64,000 bases of DNA from assembly GCA_013239625.1 (NCBI GenBank), contig MU056146.1:5855314-5919313 (forward strand), given 5' to 3'. The translations under genes were made by a program, and so were the position numbers. The notes under the pieces were generated by a model that saw only the letters and a program-made list of their open reading frames with translations, had not been told where the DNA came from and did no database searches. This DNA is from Lama guanicoe (lineage: Eukaryota). Positions 24,345 through 37,295 of the stretch are shown here, one piece after another (positions within the stretch are counted from its first letter, which is position 1; every line of letters starts with the position of its first letter).

Positions 24345-25065
24345 CAAGAGTCACTATAGAATTACTATACAATCCAGCAGTTCCACTGTTAGGGATATAC
24401 CCAAAAGAAGCGAAAGAAAGGACTGGAACAGGTAACTTGTAGTCAGTGTTCATAGCAGCGTTATTCACAGGAGCCGAATGGTTGAAACAAGCTCCTATCC
24501 ATTGACATGTGAATGGATAAACCGAGTGTGGTCTATCCATGCAATGGAACGTGATTCAGCCTTTAAAAGGAAGGGCAGGGAGGTGGGTAAAGCTCAGTGG
24601 TAGGGTGCATCCTTGACATGTGCTAGATCCTGGGTTCAATCCCCAGTACCTCCATTTTAAAAATGAATTAAAGTTTTTTTTTAAAACTAATAATAAAAAA
24701 CAAAAGGAAGTTCAGCCTGACACCTGCTACAACGTGGGTGAAACTTAAAGGCATGATACTAAGTGAAGGAGAAGTCAAGACCAATATGATTCCACTTATA
24801 TGAGGTACCGAGAATACTCGGGTTCAGAGAGACAGAAGAGGGGATGATGGCTGCCAGGGGCTGGGAAGAGGGAACTGGGGGGTTAGTGTTCAGGGGATAT
24901 GAAATTTCGGTTTGGGAAGACGAAAAGGTTCTAGAGGAGGATGGTGCTGGGGGCTGCACAACAAAATGAATGTATTTAATGCCACTGAACCGAATAGTTT
25001 AAAAAAAATGGTTAAGAAGGTAAAATTTAGGTTCTATATATTTTGCCACAATTTTTTAAGAAAAG
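24345..25065 (+). mobile_element. Old L1 (L1MB-like) 3' end interrupted by a SINE
   Basis: atagaattactatacaatccagcagttccactgttagggatatacccaaaaga...tatattttgccacaattttttaa. Confidence 0.8.
24574..24701 (+). mobile_element. tRNA-Ala-like SINE (Vic-1-like) nested in L1
   Basis: agctcagtggtag (A box)...ctgggttcaatcccc (B box); TSD AAAAGGAAG at 24565-24573 and 24702-24710. Confidence 0.85.
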
Positions 25066-25676
25066 AAAAAAAAAGTCATAGGGAATCCAGTGCAGGAAAA
25101 GACAAGAGGCTTCAAACCAGTGCCTTGTGTGTGAGGGCCACCATGCCTGCGGGGTTCTCTGAGGGGCTCTGCCCAAGTGCTCTCCGGGATTAACTCATTG
25201 GAACCTCACGGAGGGGGCAGGTGAGCCTCAGGTGGCAGGTGTGTTTGCGGATCAAATTGCCTCCATTCAGACCCAGTCAGCATTCACAGCCAGGCCTTGA
25301 TGGCTTAAGGTGAACGTAGGACCCCAGCTGAAAGCTAAAATGATAGCTAAGCTGAGAGCGAGCTCAGCTCTTATCATCCTACTGACTGAGGACACTGTTG
25401 CTGGTGGGCGGGGCTCACCTTTCCAGATGCTTTTCTGTCTGAATGCAGAACTCCAATGCATCTCCCTTCTCCTCACCTTCCTCGTTCTTGGAGGCTCTTT
25501 TCATCCCCCACTGCTGTTTCACTGTATTGCGCTACAGCTCTGAGATCCAGGGGCTTGCTTTTAAACAGATGGGGAAGTGAAAACAGGCTTTTTACCCTCT
25601 TATGTGACCCGGTGAGGGGTATGGCGAACAATCATCCCAGGTGGTCAGATGCCGCACTTTTCTATCAAGGTGGAGA

Positions 25677-26377
25677 TTTTTTTCTTCTTCTTTTCTTTTT
25701 TTTGTGGAGACTTTTTTTTATTGAAGTATAGTCGGTTTACAATGTTGTGTTAACTTCTGGTGTATAGCACAGTGATTCAGTTACACATATATATGTTATT
25801 TTCATATTCTTTTTCATTATAGGCTATTACAAGATACTGACTACAATTCCCTGTGCTACACAGGAGGACCTTGTTGTTTTTCTATTTTATGTATAGTAGT
25901 TAGTATCTGCAAATCCTAAACTCCCAGTTTATCCCTCCACTTGCCCGCTTTTCCCCCTGGTAACCATAAGTTTTTTTTCTATGTGTTTGTTTCTGTTTTG
26001 TAAAGAAGTTCATTTGTCTCTTTTTTTTTTTTTTGATTCCAGATATAAGTGATATCATGTGGTGTTTTTCTTTCTCTTTCTGGCTTACTTCATTAAGTAT
26101 GATAAAATCTCCAGGTCCATTCATATTACTGCAAATGGCATTATTTTGTTCTCTTTAAGGCTGAGTAGTGTTTCATTGTATATATACCCCAACTTCTTTA
26201 TCCAGCCATCTGTTGATGAACATTTAGGTGGCTTCCATGTCTTGGCTATTGTATATAGTGCTGCTATGAACACTGGGGTGCATGTATCTTTTTGACTTAG
26301 AGTTCTCTCCAGATATATACCCAGGAGTGGGATTGCTAGACCATATGGTAACTCTGTTTTTAGTTTTTCAAGGAATT
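25677..26377 (-). mobile_element. Younger cetartiodactyl-type L1, 5'-truncated (ORF2 C-terminus + 3' UTR + poly-A)
   Basis: ORF track KLKTELPYGLAIPLLGIY...DTCTPVFIAALYTIAKTWKPPKCSSTDGWIKK; tail ttttttattgaagtatagtcggtttacaatgttgtg. Confidence 0.9.
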
Positions 26378-27736
26378 CCGAGGTTGAAAATTTTGATGTT
26401 AATAAACTCATCTTCTCTGGCCTGAGCTTGAACTTGGGATCATTCCAGGAAATGTAGAAAGGAGCCATGTGGCTGGACAGCCTGTGAGCTTGCCGCACCC
26501 CTGAGGGTCCTGTAAGCAGGGTAGGCAGGGACACTGTTCTTTTTTCTGGCCCCTGAGGTGGCCACCATTCCCAAAGGCAGCCACCTCGACCTTCCATCAG
26601 AAGCAGTTTCTCGTAACATCCTCTCTCAGTCGGGACAGCATCCCTTGTGGTGGAGGCAGGAGCACACACCATGTACTGCCCACGCATGCCCACCCCTCCC
26701 CTCCTCTCAGCTCTGAGAGTCAGCACCACCACACTTCATCTCTGAATCACCGAGAGTGGATCGAATCCCTGGTACTGTACTTCTGAGAGGTCACCGGTGG
26801 CTGACGGCTGCTGCCCTACAGTGAAGCAGCAGCTGTCTCTGCCCCTGCGGATAGTTTATACGGTCCCCCACAAAGGGGATGTCTGTGGACTGTTTCCCAC
26901 ATCCACCTAAGCATAGGATCTGATTATTATTTTGTTGTTGCCCACGATGAAAACATTCATAGAGGCTGACTGTGGGAAATCCCTGTAAGTTATTCCACGG
27001 AGTAATCATTTGTGCCCCACACCCTTTGCTCCTGGCCGGCTGATTCTCACAGTGCAGCGGTCTCCTGTCTGACCGTACTTTCACTACTGGCAATGCAAAC
27101 TTGACTCAGAGTAAAATCAGCTGCAGGGCTGATTTTTCTTGTGGAACTTCCTCCCGCTGCCTCACCAGCTTGAAGCGCTCCCAGCACGCCAGCAGTCATG
27201 AATTTTGTCGTGAGTAGGAGGTTGGGGTTATGACCCCCGCATGTCAGAAATCCTGAGTCACTCTGTAATCCGGCAAAGTCAGTTAACCGCATTGATTTTT
27301 TCACCTGTAAAACTGAGTTAGCCCGGTTCAGAAGCCATGAGTCCTCCCTCCCTCCCCAGCCAACCTCCGTCCCTCCTCCTCTGAACTCCCAGGGTAGTTA
27401 CTAGCCTTCCTGGGTTGACCCCACCAGTCAGGGCTCGCCTGGAATCTCGGTTCCTGGTATGCGTGTCTTAGCATCTGCCAAGACTGTAGTCTTCTTGGGG
27501 GTGGGGGTGGGCTCCCCCGTGCCTCTTACTGTAGGGTGGCACTCCTGATAAGGGCTGCTTGTTGGAACAGATGGAAACTGTACCTCGTCTCTTGTTCAGG
27601 CCCATTTTTATTACGGTTCTAAATCCTATGCCTCATCTTCCACAAAGATTCTGAGACAGTTAACAAATGAAAAACAGTGTAAGAAAAAGAGAAACGAAGA
27701 CATCTAAAGCTGCCCTGTCCCAGATGGTAGCCGCTA

Positions 27737-27865
27737 NNNNNNNNNNNNNNNNNNNNNNNNNNNNNNNNNNNNNNNNNNNNNNNNNNNNNNNNNNNNNNNN
27801 NNNNNNNNNNNNNNNNNNNNNNNNNNNNNNNNNNNNNNNNNNNNNNNNNNNNNNNNNNNNNNNNN
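27737..27865. other. Assembly gap (129 N), inside a MER3/MER33-like element (27705-27910)
   Basis: N run; flanks gctgccctgtcccagatggtagcc / atttccatcatcatagaaagttct. Confidence 0.95.
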
Positions 27866-28280
27866 AAAAAATATTTCCATCATCATAGAAAGTTCTCTTT
27901 CACAGCATTGGGAGTAAGTAATTTCACAAACTGTAGATTGGGTGTAAGATAGACTGCAGAACTATATGTACAACATGGGGCACAGTGCTAATATTTTGTA
28001 ATAACTATAAATGGAGTGTAACCTTTACAGATTGTATTAAAAAATGAATAGTATGCATTACAACAAACACAGGGCCCACCACACAGTAGTTGCTCAAAAT
28101 ACTCAACAAATTCATGAAAATGTCTTGGCTCCCTCCAAGGTTAAATCGTGAAGCATATTAAGTCTGCCTGTTGTGTTTCAAAGGCTCAAAGCAAAAGGGG
28201 CCCGGGCAAATGAGGATGGACAGTGCTTTTATACTTACAAAACTAATATTCACATGCATTTTCCACGTGATCTTAAAAAC

Positions 28281-28487
28281 CAGGGGTTGGCCCACAGCCA
28301 GATCTGCCACCTGTGTGTGTTAATAAAGTTTTATTGGAGCACAGCCATGTCCATCCTTTTCCCCGTCGTCCCTGGTTGCTTTGGTGCTGAATCCGCCGAG
28401 TTGAATAGTTGTGGCAGAGCTTGGATGGCCTGCAAAGCCCGAAATACTGACCCTCTGGCTCTTTACCGAGAAGCCTGCTGACCCCTG
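28281..28487. mobile_element. MER58A-like hAT-Charlie
   Basis: caggggttggc...taataaagttttattggagcacagccatg...gctgacccctg with terminal inverted repeats. Confidence 0.8.
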
Positions 28488-28514
28488 GTGAAGAACTTCT
28501 CCAGGAGGAGGTGT

Positions 28515-28630
28515 CATTGTTCCCATTTTGTGATTGAGAAAATGAGACTCACAGAGGTCAAACCCCCTGCCCAGGGCCACGCAGCTCTTAAGTGACAGAG
28601 GTTTGACTTGGACTTAAGTCTGAGCTGATC
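28515..28630 (-). mobile_element. MIR SINE
   Basis: cccattttgtgattgagaaaatgagactcacagaggt...gcccagggccacgcagct. Confidence 0.7.
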
Positions 28631-29144
28631 TGTAGCTTGTGTCTTTGAAGCTGTGCCGTTGAAGTAGCGGGTTTTACACCTGCAAGGGGGCTGGGGCAGC
28701 GTCTGCCATGACTGCTTACTCTTCAGAGGAGAAAATGAGAGAGCAGCCGGCCCTGGGCCACACAGCAGACGCCCGCAGAGCCCCATCCAGCACCCGGGTC
28801 TCTAGACTTGCGTCGTTTGTCCCCACTCCCGGCTCCAGGAGGTCAGCGCTGCTGGTGGACAGGCCCTTCTGCTGCGAACACCCTCTAGTGGTGTCTGTCC
28901 TCTCGGAAGTGGCAGGAAGCGCATGGCATCTGGTCAACACTCGCCTGTGGTGACTTTGTGGAAGTATCACCTTTAGGCCTGGAGTCTGAGGAAATGAATT
29001 TGAATTTTTTTCTAATCTACTAAGAGTTTCTGTGGCGAGGTGGCCACCGCCGGGATAGTAACCCGAGTGACTCCTGTAGAATTTGACCTTCCACTTGCCC
29101 TGGGAGCCTGTCTGTCCGCTCCCAACCGATTGTGATAAAAACAG

Positions 29145-29320
29145 CAGTAATAACAGTGCCCGCCAGGCACTGCTCCAAGCACGTACACACCGTGTCTAGT
29201 TTAATCCTCACCACGCTAAGATGTGGGTCCCGTTAAGGAAACTGAGGCTCAGTGAGACGAAATGCCTGCCAAAGGTTGCAGAGTTAACCCTGGACTTGAA
29301 CCAGGCGGGGTGGCTTCCCC
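29145..29320 (-). mobile_element. MIR SINE
   Basis: gccaggcactgctccaagcac...tttaatcctcac...aaggaaactgaggctcag. Confidence 0.7.
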
Positions 29321-30011
29321 GTCCTTGCTGTTCACATGGCTCTGTGCCGCCTCTTAACCCTCCCGTTTGATTTCCTGACACAGCCTCTTCTCTCCCTGTG
29401 GCATTTCTTCCAGGGCCTTAGCTGTAAAACCATATGTACAGACTTTTTGCTAAAAGAACAAAAGGAAGAAGGAAAGTTAGCTCCCTCCACTCACTAAGTT
29501 TCTCCAAACCACGTTAGCTGTTGGACGTTTTTCTGGTTAGCAGGCGTAAACTACAGGCTGTGTCCCCTCCCCTGTGAGTCTTTGGGAAGCTCTTGTGCTA
29601 GTTTGTTTTCTAGCACGTCTATGACGTCTTAAGAACTTTTGAAAACCCATATTTTGTGTCTGTTTTTTTTTACTTCCCGTAGTGTCTGGGGAATCCTGGA
29701 GCAGTGATATCTTTTGCTCTGGCTGAATCAGGCAGGAGGTGAGGCGTGGACGACAGAGGGATGTCTCCTGGGCTCTCATTGGCTCTTGTTGAGGTCAAGA
29801 GAGGTGCTAAGACCTTACATCTCCTTATGGGGTGTTACTGCTGGAGGAGGACTTCAATCTGCTCAATTTTGGAAGAAGAGTTGCTTTAGGATCTTGGTGG
29901 TGGTAGCCTTTGCTCACTTGAGTTGAATGTTTCTGATACTCCAGATGCTGTTAAACCCTGTTCATGTATCTTGTCATTTAATCTTTACAAGAACATCGTT
30001 AGGTAGATGTT

Positions 30012-30124
30012 GGGGTTTTGTTTGGATTTTTTGTTTGCTTTTTTTAAATGGAGATACTGGGGATTGAACCCAGGACCTCGTGTGTGTAAGCATGTGCTCT
30101 ACCACTGAGCTGTGTTCCTCCTCC
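30012..30124 (-). mobile_element. tRNA-Ala-like SINE (Vic-1-like) inserted into a MIR (29945-30250)
   Basis: ggggattgaacccaggacctcg...accactgagctg; TSD tagatgtt at 30004-30011 and 30125-30132. Confidence 0.85.
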
Positions 30125-30624
30125 TAGATGTTATTTTTGTTGTTGTTCTCCCAGAGGAGGAAAGGAGGCACAGAGAGGGTGAGTATCTTGGCAAATGTCA
30201 CACAGCTAGTTCGGACCACAACTGGTTTTTGAAACTGGGTGGTCTGGCTGTCGTGATGCCTTTAGTTCTAGAAAGTTTAGGCGTAACTAACATTTGGACG
30301 GAAAGAACTCCCAGCAGCAACTCCATGGCTGTTCACTTATAACATGAGAGCAACCTCCTGGCTCCCAGGAAACTGCAGCCCGATGCGGGATCTAAAATAG
30401 TCACTTCCCCTCCTGCTCACCTGCGCTGCACACACAGCCCACGCCGCGCCCACGAGAGTACACCCAGGCACACAGCCTGCCAGCACGGGGACATGGATGG
30501 GACACTTTTCCTTCCTGGTTACACACTCGGGATTCTGGTGGCAGGAGCCATGTCTGCCCTGCAAGGCCTTGAGCTGTGGCCTGTGTGTTTATACTGTTGG
30601 TTTTAGGCCTTGTCGAGAGTTAAG

Positions 30625-30830
30625 AGAAAACAGGCCTTGGAGTCCCACAGACCTGAATTCTAATCCCAGTCCCGCCCCCACTGACAACTGTGTGTCCTTG
30701 GGCAGATTCCTGAACCTTTCTAACATCCATGTCTTGAACTGTAAAGTGGAAATAACCTCTTGTCTGTGAGGGATGAAGGAGTTGGTAAAGCATTTGGCAT
30801 AGCTTCTAGAATGTTCAACACATAGTGGCT
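30625..30830 (+). mobile_element. MIR SINE
   Basis: ggagtcccacagacctgaattctaatcccag...tgtgtccttgggcag...ctgtaaagtggaaataa. Confidence 0.7.
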
Positions 30831-31624
30831 GTAACCCTCCCCAACAAAAAATCTGCAGCTTTTCCTCTCCGCCACCCCCCCAACTCTGGCGCTGTCCCGA
30901 GAGCTCCGCCTTCCTTTGATAATAATGCCATCAACCAATGAAACAGCCCGGGTCCTTTGGCTTTTTCTTTTGTTCATGGCAGTGGGGTCCGTGCAAATCC
31001 TCAGATGAGCAAGCTTGACCGGTGTAAACTTCTTTTGTTTGTTTAGCAAATACTGGCTGCGCCTGTACTGTACGTTAGTCACTTGTCTCAGTGTTCAGGG
31101 AACAAAACAGGCCACGGTTGCGTTCTGCTGGAGCTTGCGTTCCGGTGACGTCTCTCGCTCTGCTGTGCACGGAGGAGGCAGCCGGACCCAGCCTGGCGAG
31201 AGCGGAGTGGAGCCTGGGGAGGGCGCAAGAGCTCCCGTTCTGTTTTCTATTCATGCCAAGCCGGGAGGCCAGTGGGTGTCTGACCCCTTTCTCAGAACAG
31301 AAATCCTCGTCTGTATTCTCGATGTGTTAAAAGAAAATCATAGCTTCAGGGCCAGAAGTATGTAGACAGTAAAGCACTTTGCATCTCTGCGGTATCTTTT
31401 CGTTCTCCTTAAACTATCTCCTTTGACAATCAAAACAATCTTGGGGATGTATCGCCATCTGTCCCCCTGTGGCAAGTGAGGCTCTGAGAGGGAGAGTGCC
31501 TTGCGAGATCGTTGTTCAGGACAAAGCTAGGAAGGACCACAGCCCATTTCTTACTTTCCCTGGAGCCCGTGAGCCTGGGGCAGGAGAGGTAGCTGTCAAC
31601 GTGACTGGTTCTCCGGTTCTATCT

Positions 31625-31820
31625 AGAGCAATGCTTTCCTACAGACCTGCAGTGGTGGGAATATTCTGTGGCCACATTGTTCAGTATAATAGCCACTAGC
31701 CACAGGTGGCCATTGAGCCTTTGAAATATGGCTGAGGAATTGACATTTTCAGTGTCATTTCATTTGATGTAAAATTAAAATTTGAATAATTGTACATGGA
31801 TACTGTATTGGATGGCACAG
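31625..31820. mobile_element. MER3-like hAT-Charlie
   Basis: tagccactagccacaggtggccattgagcctttgaaatatggct...tactgtattggatggcacag. Confidence 0.7.
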
Positions 31821-34800
31821 TTTTGGAAACTTAAAGAGAAGGACTTCTGAGTGGAAAAAAGACAGTGGACACAGTCTGCCTTTCCTACCGTGACCCAGTG
31901 CCCCACCATCCACTTGCTTAGAATCCACAGTCATTGAGGTCGTATTCAAACATGCAACTCAAGGGCGGTTCTCCAAGCCCTCCGTTCCCTGCTTCAGTCA
32001 GAGAGATCAGGGCTGCTTCTCTTGTGCAAAAGCTTTTTTTGAAGATTGTCATTGGTTTTTAAAACAAGACTGCAAAAAGGATTTAAAATCATTACACTCA
32101 AACAACAATGAACTGAATTGCTTTGCTGTACCCCTGAAACTAACATTGTCAAATGACTACATTTCAATGAAAAATAAGAATTAAAATAACAGTGCAACTC
32201 CTTGGAGACAAGGCAGTGCAAAACCAGCTTGGAAAAGTACACAGCGGAGGCAGGATGGCGGGAAGCCACGGCAAGATACAGATCACGGGTAAACCCTGAG
32301 GGGGAACTGTTTGTACATGTACTTTTTTTTAATATAAACTTATTTAAAATTTCATCTTTGTTTCAAAGGCAAGAGAGACGTGTCAAGGACACCGTGGTCT
32401 CCTGACTGTATTCTGCAGCTGCTCGGCTGTGCACTGTCCACCTAGGGTTCCAGGGGCAGCGGCTGTTGGTGACTGCTTCATTTTAACATGAGTAACAGCG
32501 CGTGTTCTCACGCGTATTCGGGAGCTGTTCTTCGCACGTTACCTGCCTTATTCCTGACTGTATAACCCCCTGTGCTTTAAGAGCAAGTTACTTTTATTTT
32601 AGCAAAATGAAAATGACTTTTCCAGTGGCCTGAGTTGCAGGTGGGTTTCTGCTGGAAAGCACTTGAGAGAGCACTCTCTCCAGGCCACGGATGAATTGGA
32701 AATGGCCCTTCTGTTCTGCTGCTTTTTAATACATGGCCCATTAACAGCACTGAACCCACCTCTCATCTGGATGCTACCAAGGCTGACCGGGAGCGGGCTG
32801 TCACTTCTGCACCTCTTGTTAGACTAGACCTGGTGTTAAACCTCAGAAGAACAAAAGTCGTAGCTGTAAGCAGCCCAGTAGTGTAATTGATAGAGGTGAG
32901 ACGCTGAGATCAGAGGCTGTCCTGTCCCTGGCGCTGAGGGGCAGGATGGATCCCTTCCCCACCCCTGCAGGAGAGAAACCCGTGCATCCCGGCCCAGGGA
33001 GGACGCCTCAGGCACAAACGCCTTCCTCACAAGTGAGGAGGTGAATTAATGTTCAAATGAATGCGATTTTCCTCTCCAGGGATTTCAGAGGATGTTGAAA
33101 TTCATCAAAGAATATTGAGATCCACATATATTACATGCAGCTAATATATATATTAATCTAATCTATTACTGTGGCTAATTTGTTTGCTTTTTGAACCCAG
33201 CCACCCTTCCCACCCTACATATTAATGGAAAATTTGTCTTGATTCATTTGCTCATTTATGTGCTATTCTTTTATTTGCATAGCTACCCAAACACACATTT
33301 AGAGTCACAGGATCCACAAGGAATAGTAAGAATTAGGGTATGATGTTTGTTTTGCAAATGAGGCCTAAAAATGAGACTTCACAGTTTAATCTATTTTCCC
33401 AGGGTCAGAGAGTGCCCCAACACAAAGCCAGGTTAAAAAAGTCAGCCCTCTAGCTCTGAGCTGCTCGGCTCACCTCTGGGTTTTAATCTGAGGAGATGAG
33501 TCTTCACTTCATTGTGAGAAGGGGAAGCCTGAACCTCGGTCTTTCTGCTGCTGAGTTGCTGACCAGCTCACGGAGCGGTGAATGAAGTGTTTGCAGAGGG
33601 TCTGGAAGACTCAGATTGTGTGTGTGTGTTTAAACCTGTGCTGAGATAACATGTGGCTGCTCCTGGAAGCACATTAATCATGGTGCAAGGGTCAGAATTT
33701 AGCATCTGGGAGGCTGCTTTGGTACATGGGTCCAAAGTAAAACTGTCAAGAGAATTTTCAGCTGTGTGGCCTTGCGGTAATTACACAGACAACAAGTATG
33801 TGGCCCTATCTTCCAAACAAGGACCCTTTTCTTGTGAGGTTAACGTCCGGAGGCTGTTCCGGAAGAGTTATAATTACTTTTTCATGTTCCCCACAATAAA
33901 GTGACCTTTTAGCTCTTTACAATAAAGCAAATGCTTTAGACTCGTGGGTTTGCTGGCATTAACGTCTAGGAAGTATAAACACGACAGTAAGTCTATACAG
34001 GGCAGTGAGAGCACTGGGTCTTGTCCCCTTTCTCATGCGCTGAGTCCATATTCTGGAACCAAGCAGGGCGGCACGTGCCCTGTCTCGGTGGGGAGGGGAC
34101 AGACCTGCCAGTACTGGCTGCACGAACTCCCAGGGCCCCAGCCTGGTTTCACTGCATCACCTAGAGCTGCTCCCTTGAATGGATTGACATCAGTGTCTTC
34201 CCTGCACACAGGGGACTGGCAGTACTGCCCCAGAGCAGTTTCTAAAATGAAAGTGAAGATGCTAAAGACTCCGAGAAACAATAAGGTTCTGCTAGCGAGC
34301 CAGTGCAGGAGAGAAGGGCCCCTCGCGTCTGGGGTTTTAACATCAGTACATTTTCTTCTAGTAAATAGTTGGCGAAAGAAGAAAGGAAGTGAAGTCAATG
34401 AAGTTTGGTCCCCTCTGCCGCTCCCCACCCCTCCTCCCAGTCTGCGTTCCTGCTTTTCATTTCCCTTGGGTGGGGGCACGCTCCGTGAGAGGGGAAAGGC
34501 TGCTCGTTATTAATGGAAGCGGAGACTCCTGTTTCTCCCCTTGCCCACTCAGTCCAGAAGATTCTCGCTAAAATGTCTAAATTACATCCTTTAGATTAAC
34601 TAGACCTTTCTCAAGTGGCATGCCCATTTGAAGGTTTGGAGGTCACTGATTTAAGTTCCAGATAATAGCTGCCTTCCCAGAAATCAACTGTAAATTGTGT
34701 CTTGCCTCTGTTTATTGATGTGTGGCATGTAGTCAACCTCAGGCCCTTCTGCCTCAGCAGTTGGGTCCTCCTTTGTTGTTCAGACGTGGGGAAAAGGGAA

Positions 34801-36319
34801 GGAGAGCTTCCCAACCCCTAAGAGCTTCCTGTGATGCTGAAGGTGAGGTGGGGTGGAGGGTGGTTCTGAATAGCAGAAAACCTCTGTTTCGGGCTGAAGC
34901 TCCTTTTTGTCCCAAGTGTAAGGTGAAGAACAACCAGTAAGTTTAGGTCTACACCCAGATGCACACAGGAGCAACAGAATGGCCAAATGATAAACGTCTC
35001 CATTGTGACTTCATTAATAATCATTTGCCAAAAATCCAGAGATGCCACAACCCTGTAGCTGACAGGCTGGAATAACACATGATTGTTAGCAGAGGGCTGA
35101 GGACTGTCTCAGAGGAGAGCCTGGTCCAAGGCAGATGCCTGAGCATTCTCCGGTGACCTCATTTGGGGGGAGAACGGGATCTGATGGATAAGAGAGACAG
35201 ACAAGTGAGGGTAACAGACGCTTCTAGCCTGAGACTGAGGCCGAACGGTGAAGGAAATGGAGGAAGAAGACTGGGTTTTGGCAGCAAGATAACTAATTCT
35301 GCGCGGAACATCTTGAGTTTGACATACCTGTGGGGTCACTTGAGCAGTTCCTTCAGGAAGGTATGAACTGCGGTGCCTGAGTCGGTAGCTACACAGAACA
35401 CTGGGGTACAGATTTGGCATCGTGAATCAAAACCACGGAGAGTAGAAGGGGTTGCTTAGGAAGAAGTGAAAACTTAGGAGAGAAGCAAGTAGTAATTATT
35501 ACCATCATCCAACACGTCTATTTTGGCCGCTAAGAGGAAGCAGAGGAGTTGAGGGACTGTGTCGGTGGGAGAGAACAGAATAGGTAAAGAAAGACAGCCC
35601 CAGGGGAGCTGCTGAAGACCCGGCAGGGCTGGGAGCGTAATGGGTACCCCGGCTCCTTTTATTTTCGAGAAGCTTGAATTACCTAATGGGTCTGGGTGCT
35701 CATCTCCCCTGTGATGTAATTCACAATGTATGCCCAGTTAGAACTGAGCTAGTGGAATATGCGGTGTTCGTGCTGCCTGGTGGGGGCGGCCAGGGGCTAG
35801 GTGAGGAGCCGGCCTCCTCCCGCTCCCCCACCCCATTTCTGTCTGTCCCACCCTTGACTTTTCTACCCCCTGATGTGTTTCATCAAGTTCGTACATGTCT
35901 CTCTGCCCTCTTCTCCCCATTCTGGGATCCCTGATGAATCAGAGATGGAGCCAGGAGTTGTGGAAGGCTCCGAATGCCGAGAGGGGAGTCACTTCTCCCG
36001 GTGCTGGAGGTGTTGGAGTGGGGCATCTGTGGAGTGTCTGTCACTGCCCCATCCCCCTGGGGCCTCGGGTTTTATTCCACTCTGAGCGCCCCTCACCTCT
36101 GACGGGGAGCCTTGTGCCCAGATTTTTACCTTTTTTTTCCCCCCAATTCATTCCTTTCCCTTTAAGTTGGCAGAATTCTAACTATCCTGAATGGTTGGTT
36201 TGAAGACAGTAGCCAGGTTCATTGTTGCAAATCGTGTTATAATCGTCACTGGGAAATTCTTTTCTTATCAGCAGGTAGATTTGCAGATATGCACAGGTAT
36301 CCAAGTGAGAGGAGTGTAG

Positions 36320-36490
36320 ACCTGGCTCCTGGGCTCACTGCCTCATGATCACTGACATGAGACAAGTTGCTTAGTTTCTTGGTGCCTCAGTCGTGAGCAT
36401 GGGAGTGATGGTGGTACCTGCTCGTAAGGCTGCCATGAGGATCGAGTGAGGTGATGCCTGCCATGCGCTCAGCACTGTGGTCAGTACTCA
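36320..36490 (+). mobile_element. MIR SINE
   Basis: acaagttgcttagtttcttggtgcctcag...gtacctgctcgtaaggctgccatgaggatcgagtgag. Confidence 0.55.
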
Positions 36491-37213
36491 GCCACTGCTG
36501 GCTACCAGTATCCTATTATTTTTCTCACTGCTGTCTAAGTCCCAGATTATCAACATCTGATATAACCAGGAGCCAGAAGAAATAGGAATATATACCCAAG
36601 TACTCGGCTGAAAGTGCCCACATCTTGGTCACCTACCCCCACCTTGTCTAGGGGACCCCGACCCATCTCCATACCTGGGACACCCATCCCGCTTTCTTCC
36701 GGGTCATTCTCCCCACACCCCTCTCTGTGCCTGAGTTTCTTGTACTTTCTCAGTTAGATTTTTCTCTTCCCAGGGGCTCTTCACACAGCCCTTTGTCCAC
36801 TTCAGACTAAGGGCTCTTGGGAGCAGACACCTTGATTTTGAGGCTCAGTCTTGCTTCTTAAAATGTCTGTTAGTTCCGATCTGTAAGATGGAATCAGTTT
36901 CAGGAGCTTGTTCCTGCAAGTCATCTCCACGCTGTTCTAACACTGAGAAAATCACCCAAATGTGGATGGAAAGGAAAAATAAAAAGTAAAACGAGACCAA
37001 TTTAAAATGTCTTTCAAAGCCGAATTCTTTGCAGAAGGAGTGGGGTCACTTCAGAGTCTCCTTCTGGTGCTGACATTCTGTGACACGCAGAGGGGTGTCT
37101 AAATGTGGTTGGAAAGGCAGGCATCAACGTTGATACCTTGTCATCGGGGGCGGGAACGCCATCCGGTGGTGTGTTCACTGCTAAGGCTCTGCTCTCCAAC
37201 CCTCTGCTCTCAG

Positions 37214-37295
37214 GGAAGGCCGCTCGAATGCCCACCTCAGAGGGGATTACCAAAGAATCGGGGACGTCATGCTGAAGAACATTCAGGACATGAAG
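37214..37295 (+). CDS. FARP1: FARP1 coding exon (~17), DH: EGRSNAHLRGDYQRIGDVMLKNIQDMK
   Basis: ctcag acceptor, AAG|gtgggc donor, 82 nt; completes the Trp codon begun at 18946. Confidence 0.96.

Noticed and set aside
26121-26732. 203-aa - strand ORF
   Set aside because: C-terminal half is an L1 ORF2 remnant; the rest is chance flanking sequence.
33944-34513. Overlapping 189-aa (+) and 148-aa (-) ORFs
   Set aside because: No recognisable protein family and not needed for the FARP1 exon chain, whose phases already close.
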